64,000 nt of DNA from Nitrospinota bacterium (GTDB lineage Bacteria; Nitrospirota; Nitrospiria; Nitrospirales; UBA8639). Below, in pieces: positions 58,092-64,000 of this stretch. Made by a program: the position numbers and the translations under genes. Below the pieces are notes generated by a model that was not told where the DNA came from, made no database searches, and saw only the letters and a list, made by a program, of their open reading frames with translations. Position 1 is the stretch's first letter. The number at the start of each line of letters is the position of its first letter. Location of the stretch: positions 907 to 64,906 of the forward strand of contig JACZVJ010000001.1 in the NCBI GenBank assembly GCA_022572725.1, written 5' to 3'.

Positions 58092-58868
58092 ATGGTGACC
58101 TCACCCTGGCTGTATGTCTCAGTTTTTGCCATCGGAACAATAATCGGAAGCTTCCTCAATGTCTGTATTTACCGCCTTCCCAAGGGTCAGTCCATCATCC
58201 GGCCGGGCTCAACCTGCCCTGCTTGCTCTAGGCCAATCCCCTGGTTTGACAATATTCCCCTTGTGAGTTTCCTCCTGTTGGGAGGCCGGTGCCGGCAATG
58301 CCATTTTCCTATTTCCCTACGCTATCCTCTCGTCGAACTGATCAACGGGGTGGGGTACCTCGCGATCCTGTGGCAGTTTGGATGGACCGGCGCCTCCGTG
58401 GTGTATGCGGGTTTCTTCTCCGCCCTGGTGGTCATCACTTGGATTGATTTCGATCATCAAATCATTCCGGATGTCATTTCCCTACCGGGAATTCTCCTAG
58501 GCCTTTTGGCTGCGGCCACCCTTCTCCCCATAGGATTTCTGAGTTCCGTGGCTGGAGTTGTTTTAGGAGGGGGCGTTCTCTGGGCTTTGGCGGCAGTGAG
58601 CCCTTATCTCTTCGGGAAGGAAGGGCTGGGTGGAGGCGACATCAAGTTCCTGGCGATGATCGGGGCCTTTTTGGGGTGGCAGCAGGCATTCCTGACCCTC
58701 ATGATCGCCTCTGTCGTTGGAGCGTTAGTTGGAGTGTCTCTCATACTTTTCAAAGTAATGAAGAGAAAACAGTACATCCCCTTTGGGCCTTTTCTCGCCC
58801 TAGGTGCGGTATTGACCTTGTTTTTTCATTCGAACCTTCTTGGTTGGTATTTCAGGGCCATTTGGTAA
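58092..58868 (+). CDS. pilD: Prepilin peptidase (A24 family)
   Basis: 258 aa with the N-terminal Cys pairs CPACSRPIPWFDNIPLVSFLLLGGRCRQC and catalytic Asp regions (WIDFDHQIIPD, GGGDIKF). Confidence 0.9.
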   Translation: MVTSPWLYVSVFAIGTIIGSFLNVCIYRLPKGQSIIRPGSTCPACSRPIPWFDNIPLVSFLLLGGRCRQCHFPISLRYPLVELINGVGYLAILWQFGWTGASVVYAGFFSALVVITWIDFDHQIIPDVISLPGILLGLLAAATLLPIGFLSSVAGVVLGGGVLWALAAVSPYLFGKEGLGGGDIKFLAMIGAFLGWQQAFLTLMIASVVGALVGVSLILFKVMKRKQYIPFGPFLALGAVLTLFFHSNLLGWYFRAIW

Positions 58869-58955
58869 ACCTGAAAAAGTGAGGAGGGTGAAGAATGTGT
58901 GCGGCCTCATCCTGTCATTCAAACCCGGGCATTGAATTTTACACGGAGTGAGAAT

Positions 58956-59453
58956 TTGATCTCCCGAATCAAGAGAGAAAACTCCAATCAGCTTCAACTT
59001 TCTTACGGAAGGCAAAATGGCTACACTCTGACGGAAATTCTTATCACGCTGGGAATTATCGCTTTGGTTGGAATGCTGAGCGGAGGGTGGCTGGCCACTC
59101 AAATACCTCGTTATAGCCTGAGTGGAGCGGCTCGTCAGGTACGGTCGGATTTTCTTGCGGCAAGAATGCAAGCGGTCAGTGAAGGGAACAAATACCGGAT
59201 TACTTTTCTGGATGACCGTCGATATACCATCCTGGATGATGATAATAATAACGGGAGGGCTGACCCCGGTGAGCGTGTGGAATCCCGAGATATCCAGGCT
59301 GAGTATCCTGCAGTCACCTTAAGCTCGACGAACAATCCGATTTTTCATCCAAGGGGGACGGCCTCGAACTTGGCAACGGTGACCGTCACGAATGAAGCTG
59401 GATCCAGGACCGTGAAAGTGAGTATCACCGGTCGTGTGAAAATCAGCTCTTAG
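58956..59453 (+). CDS. fimT: GspH/FimT-type minor pilin
   Basis: Prepilin signal ...RQNG/YTLTEILITLGIIALVG and a GspH-like body (ARQVRSDFLAARMQAVS...YRITF). TTG 58956 (GGAG 7 nt upstream) was chosen; the longest ORF starts at 58899. Confidence 0.75.
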   Translation: MISRIKRENSNQLQLSYGRQNGYTLTEILITLGIIALVGMLSGGWLATQIPRYSLSGAARQVRSDFLAARMQAVSEGNKYRITFLDDRRYTILDDDNNNGRADPGERVESRDIQAEYPAVTLSSTNNPIFHPRGTASNLATVTVTNEAGSRTVKVSITGRVKISS

Positions 59454-59458
59454 TTGGA

Positions 59459-59878
59459 ATGAGGCTAGGTGGTTGCAATAGGGTTGCCTCCCCAATAGGC
59501 CCGCTAAGGGACCGTCGTGGGTTGACGTTGGTGGAGGTCGTGATTGCCATGGCGGTGGTCTCCCTCGCCCTGTTGGCTCTTTCTGGGTTTTCCACTCTGG
59601 CCATAAAGGGGGCGTCCTTTGGCAAACATATCACGACGGCAACCACGTTGGCCCAGGCAAAACTCGAGGATATTCGAAGAGCAGGGTACAATCCTGCACT
59701 GGCGAGCAACTCCACCTCCGTTGAATCCTACACCTCCCTTCCCGATTTTCCTTTATACAAACGGGAAGTCTTCACTGAACCCAACATCCCAGCCTCTGGA
59801 ATGCAAACAGTCACGGTCACCGTGTACTGGAAAAATGACGCACACTCCGTGGTTTTGTCTACCATCCTCACACCATGA
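59459..59878 (+). CDS. pilV: PilV-like minor pilin
   Basis: 139 aa with RRG/LTLVEVVIAMAVVSLALLAL and TTATTLAQAKLEDIR. Confidence 0.75.
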   Translation: MRLGGCNRVASPIGPLRDRRGLTLVEVVIAMAVVSLALLALSGFSTLAIKGASFGKHITTATTLAQAKLEDIRRAGYNPALASNSTSVESYTSLPDFPLYKREVFTEPNIPASGMQTVTVTVYWKNDAHSVVLSTILTP

Positions 59879-60495
59879 GTTTTCTTAAAGAACTCAGGAA
59901 TCAGGGAAGCCAGGCCGGGGTGACCCTGCCGGAGCTGATGGTTGCGCTGGCGATCAGCATGGTGACTCTGGCTGCTATTTACACGATTCACGTGATGGAG
60001 GTGAAAAACCAGCTGGTCCAGGAGGACGTGGTGGCCATGCAGCAAAATGTCCGGGCAGCGATGGATCTGATCAGTCGCGAACTGAGAATGGGAGGGTACG
60101 ATCCACGTGGGGTGAATCGTGACGCCATTTCCTCCAATGACTTTGTCGGTGTAGCCTATCATCCCACGCAGCTTCACATACAATCGGATTGGAATGGAAA
60201 CGGTACGCCGACTGACCCGAATGAATCCATTGTCTACATGTATGATCCAAAAACTCTCACGCTGCGAAGGCGCACCGGGGGAGGGGGGAGGCAGCCGGTC
60301 GCCGAACATATCGAGTCCTTTACCTTTCAGTATTTGGATGGTCAGGGCCAACCAACCATGAGCTCAGCGAGCATTCGAGCCATTGAGATCGGAATTACGG
60401 CGCGGACAGAGCACCCCGACCTCCGCTACCCCAGAAATAATGGCTATAGAACATTCACGTTGAATACCCGGGTGACCCCGAGAAATTTATCCTGA
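59875..60495 (+). CDS. pilW: PilW-like minor pilin
   Basis: 206 aa with QAG/VTLPELMVALAISMV. ATGA overlap with pilV. Confidence 0.75.
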   Translation: MSFLKELRNQGSQAGVTLPELMVALAISMVTLAAIYTIHVMEVKNQLVQEDVVAMQQNVRAAMDLISRELRMGGYDPRGVNRDAISSNDFVGVAYHPTQLHIQSDWNGNGTPTDPNESIVYMYDPKTLTLRRRTGGGGRQPVAEHIESFTFQYLDGQGQPTMSSASIRAIEIGITARTEHPDLRYPRNNGYRTFTLNTRVTPRNLS

Positions 60496-61841
60496 TGGGG
60501 ATGAGTGTCTTTGGGGTTTATGGAAAAATGAGAAGCCAGTCACATACAGCTATTCAGTCATCGGGAGAGAAGGAGCGTGGTATAGCCTTAGTGGCTTCAC
60601 TGCTTTTGGTGGTAGTGGTGGGAATCGTAGGTGCAACAGTCCTCGAAACGACATCGACGGAGATTAAGATTAGTGGGAACTATAGGGAGGCTGTCCAAAA
60701 TTTTTACGCTGCTGAAGCGGGGATTGCAGAGGGACAAGCAAGATTACGCGGGATGCAAGAGTCCGGTTCAGGGTTAATAGGAGACCCTGTGGTTGGGTAC
60801 AATCCCCGGTGGTCGGCCTATATTCTCACTTCCTCAACCTGGGCCCCAGGAGAGGATCCCGGCTACTCCACTCTGGATACGAATTTTATCCCAACTCTTG
60901 CCTCTCAGACGAGTACGATCATTCAGCCGAATAGCCTCCAGTCCTCTTTGACCTATTGGGTCAAAATCAAACATAAGACTGAATATGATGCTGAACAAGC
61001 TGGACACCGCAGTGGTACACCACATTATGTTGATGGAGATGGAAGCTTATCCATGCACAATGCAGCCAATGTAGGCAACGCCGTGTATTATGGATATCCC
61101 ACAGCGGAGGCCGAGGTCCCGACCCAGTTTACGAGTCCGGCGTCGGGCACCTCTTTCCCGGTCGAACTCCTGAGAGCAGTTGGGGGGAGCACCCGCAATG
61201 AAACAACGATCCAAGTAGAACTGGTCCATCCCCCAGGACCAAACCCGATCGGGGCTCTTTACGCCTTAGGCCCGGTAACCCTCACCGGTCTCTCGGGTAT
61301 TATCAGTGGCGATGACCGTTGTGGAGTCGTGCCTGGTATTCCTCCGGTGTATACCCGCGCCCCAGCTTCGACAACGGGGACTCTGACTTTTTCAGGTGTA
61401 CCCCCCCCCGTGCAGGGTCCAGTTGAAATTGGTCTCTCTGGAAATATAGGTGAGCTTAGGCCTGGTTCGATGGTCATCATGTCCGACCAAATGAACCAAA
61501 ATTTCGGCAGCCCCACCGCCTACCTGACCCTGTATTCTGATACCTCCAATCCTGGAAACCCTGGGGGGCTGATCATTCGGAATGGGATTGGATATGGAAT
61601 CCTGTTGGTTGAAGGTGATCTAACTTTGGAAGGTACCTTCACCTGGAATGGGCTGATACTCATCACCGGACACCTCCTGTTGAAAGGAGAGGGGAAAGGG
61701 ATTGAGATTCGTGGGGCTATCTGGGCTGGCCAAGTCACGGACCTTACAGGGATCTTTGACATCCAATTTGACAGTTGTCAGGTGAAAGCTTCTCTTCTTG
61801 CCCAGCCCTTAAAGGTGAGGAGTTGGAAAGAGGAGTTCTGA
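60495..61841 (+). CDS. pilX: PilX-like minor pilin, unusually large
   Basis: 448 aa with a PilX N-terminal segment (ERGIALVASLLLVVVVGIVGATVLETTSTEIKISGN...AAEAG). TGATG overlap with pilW. Confidence 0.65.
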   Translation: MGMSVFGVYGKMRSQSHTAIQSSGEKERGIALVASLLLVVVVGIVGATVLETTSTEIKISGNYREAVQNFYAAEAGIAEGQARLRGMQESGSGLIGDPVVGYNPRWSAYILTSSTWAPGEDPGYSTLDTNFIPTLASQTSTIIQPNSLQSSLTYWVKIKHKTEYDAEQAGHRSGTPHYVDGDGSLSMHNAANVGNAVYYGYPTAEAEVPTQFTSPASGTSFPVELLRAVGGSTRNETTIQVELVHPPGPNPIGALYALGPVTLTGLSGIISGDDRCGVVPGIPPVYTRAPASTTGTLTFSGVPPPVQGPVEIGLSGNIGELRPGSMVIMSDQMNQNFGSPTAYLTLYSDTSNPGNPGGLIIRNGIGYGILLVEGDLTLEGTFTWNGLILITGHLLLKGEGKGIEIRGAIWAGQVTDLTGIFDIQFDSCQVKASLLAQPLKVRSWKEEF

Positions 61842-61949
61842 AATGTTCGGCACGGGGTGGGGAAGGGGGAGGAGTTCAATCTTGAAGTAAATATAGAAAC
61901 TGGTGTCTAAAATCGTGGCTTGCCAGTTTTCCATAAGTTTCCTAAGCCA

Positions 61950-61979
61950 TTGACTTTTAACCATATTTTCACTTATACA
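61950..61979 (+). promoter_or_regulatory. Candidate sigma70-type promoter upstream of aclBA (TTGACT-N18-TATACA)
   Basis: Motif match only, lying in an AT-rich 307-nt intergenic region. Confidence 0.25.
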
Positions 61980-62148
61980 AGACCACAGAACATTCCAACT
62001 CCGTTTTTTTTACTAGGGTGACCTTGGGCCTTTCGTGGTTCTAAAAAATGGGCCTTTCGGTTGATTGCGTCGCAGAGATATTCTCCCTAAAATCATATTT
62101 TCTGTGTTTTAAACAGTATACCTCATTTATCTCAAGGTAGGTCTCATC

Positions 62149-63345
62149 ATGGCAAAGGTGCTTGAAGGTCCTGGTATGGGTTTATTGACAAAGTGGGGCC
62201 TCCTCACCCCTCATTGCGTTGTGGTTGGCTCTGCCGAGGAATTCGACAAATTGGCTGAAGCCAACGATTGGCTGAAGAAAAACCAGTTGGTCGTCAAAGC
62301 CCATGAGGCGCTGGGCTCTCGTTTTAAGCTAGGATTGGTGAAGGTCGGGCTGGATTTAGCTGGAGCCAAGGCTGCGGTACGTGAAATTTTGGGGCGGAAA
62401 GTTGAAACGTTGACGATAGACCAAGTCATTGTCTCGGAGGCTGTGGATCACAAGGAAGAGTATTATGCCGCTGTGAAATCCACACGTGATGGGGCAGACA
62501 TCATGGTCGCCAACTGCGGTGGGATTGAGGTGGAATCGAATTGGGACCGGGTGAAGCGGGTTTCTGTCGAGGTTGGAGACTCACCCACTGACCAGGCGCT
62601 TCAATCTCTCGTGGAGGAGGCTGGGTTTTCCGGCTCGCTGGCCTCCAAGATGGCGGAGTTTGCCAAGAAACTGTTCGCGTGCTTCGACAACGAGGACGGG
62701 CAGTATTTGGAAATCAATCCTGTTGTTCAGCGCCAGGACGGCGAATTGGTGGCCCTGGATGCGGTCACGCTTTTGGATGGCGATGCCAAGTTCCGTCATC
62801 CTGATTGGAATTTTCCCTTTGCTGCTGAATTTGGGCGGGCCTATACCACCAATGAGAAGGAAGTCATGGCGGTGGATGCCAAGGTAAAAGGGTCGGTGAA
62901 GCTCATTGAAATTCCCGGTGGGGATACTGCCATGCTGCCTGCGGGTGGAGGGGCCAGTGTCTATTACTCCGATGCGGTGGTAGCTCGGGGTGGGAAGCTT
63001 GCTAATTATGCCGAATATTCCGGCGATCCCCCTGACTGGGCCGTGGAGGTCCTAACGGAAAAGGTGTGCTCGCTGCCCGGCATCAAGAACATCATTGTCG
63101 GGGGGGCCATTGCCAATTTTACGGACGTCAAAAAGACCTTTGGTGGAATAATCAACGCATTTCGCAAAGCCAAGTCAGAGGGGAAGCTGAACGGCGTCAA
63201 AATTTGGGTGCGGAGGGGAGGCCCTAACGAAAAAGAAGGCCTAGCCGCCATGCGGGCGCTCGGTGAGGAAGGCTTTGATATTGAGGTGTTCGATCGCCAA
63301 ACACCACTGACCGATATCGTGGATATGGCCTTGACCAGGAAATAA
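62149..63345 (+). CDS. aclB: ATP-citrate lyase, small (beta) subunit
   Basis: 398 aa, an ATP-grasp succinyl-CoA-synthetase-beta-like protein of the size and pattern of Chlorobium/Nitrospira AclB. The large subunit gene follows directly. Confidence 0.9.
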   Translation: MAKVLEGPGMGLLTKWGLLTPHCVVVGSAEEFDKLAEANDWLKKNQLVVKAHEALGSRFKLGLVKVGLDLAGAKAAVREILGRKVETLTIDQVIVSEAVDHKEEYYAAVKSTRDGADIMVANCGGIEVESNWDRVKRVSVEVGDSPTDQALQSLVEEAGFSGSLASKMAEFAKKLFACFDNEDGQYLEINPVVQRQDGELVALDAVTLLDGDAKFRHPDWNFPFAAEFGRAYTTNEKEVMAVDAKVKGSVKLIEIPGGDTAMLPAGGGASVYYSDAVVARGGKLANYAEYSGDPPDWAVEVLTEKVCSLPGIKNIIVGGAIANFTDVKKTFGGIINAFRKAKSEGKLNGVKIWVRRGGPNEKEGLAAMRALGEEGFDIEVFDRQTPLTDIVDMALTRK

Positions 63346-63401
63346 TTTGGCCCATCATCCCTTCGCCTTAGGGAAGGAGAAGAGGGAATGAGAGAAATTC
63401 C

Positions 63402-64000
63402 ATGAGCATTCTTGCCACTAAAGATACCCACGTGGTGATTCAAGGAGGACTTGCAGGGGTCAATGCTGCTCGCCGCATGGCGGAATTCCGCTACATGATC
63501 AAAGAGCCGTTGAACGTGTCCGCCTTCGTGTACCCTCCCGATGCAGGAAAGATGAACGAAGTGACCTATGGGAGTGAGTTACTGACCATTCCGATTTACA
63601 AATCGGTTGCCGAAGCCACTTCCAACCACCCGGAAATTAATACGAGTCTCGTCTACATTGGAGCGGATCGAGCCTATGCAGGTACGAAAGAAGCGTTGGA
63701 TAACTCCAACATTCAAACCGTGTCCATGATCACGGAAGGGGTGCCGGAAAGGGATGCCAAGCTCCTCGGAAAGCATGCTCGGAAGTTAGGCAAAATCTTC
63801 AACGGACCGTCTTCTATCGGGGTAATTTCGGCGGCAGAGTGCCGATTAGGGGTCATTGGCGGTGCCTTTGATAATTTGGTCGCCTGCAAGCTTTACCGTC
63901 CGGGTTCTTTCGGGGTCATCACGAAGTCAGGGGGATTGTCGAACGAAATTATCTGGATCTGTTCTCAGTTCGCTGACGGGATTACAACGGCTATTGGAAT
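63402..64000 (+). CDS. aclA: ATP-citrate lyase, large (alpha) subunit, 5-prime part (runs off the window)
   Basis: Open frame from ATG 63402 to the window edge with a CoA-ligase/SCS-alpha-like start (KDTHVVIQGG, MITEGVPERDA, GPSSIGVI, GVITKSGGLSNE). It is absent from the ORF track because it has no stop in the window. Confidence 0.9.
   Translation, partial: MSILATKDTHVVIQGGLAGVNAARRMAEFRYMIKEPLNVSAFVYPPDAGKMNEVTYGSELLTIPIYKSVAEATSNHPEINTSLVYIGADRAYAGTKEALDNSNIQTVSMITEGVPERDAKLLGKHARKLGKIFNGPSSIGVISAAECRLGVIGGAFDNLVACKLYRPGSFGVITKSGGLSNEIIWICSQFADGITTAIG

Overview
This 64-kb chromosomal window holds roughly 58 protein-coding genes on both strands and one tRNA (Ser-CGA). It has no rRNA, CRISPR array, intact IS, prophage or recognisable defence island. 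Most genes are housekeeping: dnaE, accA, clpC, cysS, tsaD, hflX, nth, gmk-rpoZ-coaBC, scpAB, pyrE, nadK, surE, tadA, trmI and rlmB. The metabolic markers are a class II fumarase, a five-gene 2-oxoacid:ferredoxin oxidoreductase cluster (order beta, gamma, ferredoxin-type, 255-aa subunit, alpha) and a two-subunit ATP-citrate lyase (aclB complete, aclA running off the right edge). Together these form the reductive TCA toolkit. With a monohaem cytochrome c and a 1-Cys peroxiredoxin, the window looks like a Nitrospirota/Nitrospinota-type chemolithoautotroph; this is inferred from gene content only. A pilD gene and a fimT-pilV-pilW-pilX minor-pilin operon lie at 58-62 kb. Five things deserve a second look. 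(i) A 169-bp imperfect-palindrome MITE-like element occurs in three near-identical copies, each between convergent gene ends, and one copy donates the pyrE stop codon. (ii) A Memo-like protein carries an N-terminal PqqD-like (RiPP-recognition-element-like) domain and follows a 686-nt hairpin-rich non-coding stretch that contains a diverged duplicate of the gene's own 5-prime end. (iii) Two transporter genes are decayed (MFS and mgtE), the latter next to a repeat copy. (iv) An inverted 17-nt copy of the tRNA-Ser 3-prime end sits beside that tRNA. (v) A histone-H1-like Lys/Ala-rich protein has a poly-acidic tail. I did not find a clear-cut novel multi-gene system. All functional calls rest on motif recognition by eye, without database searches.
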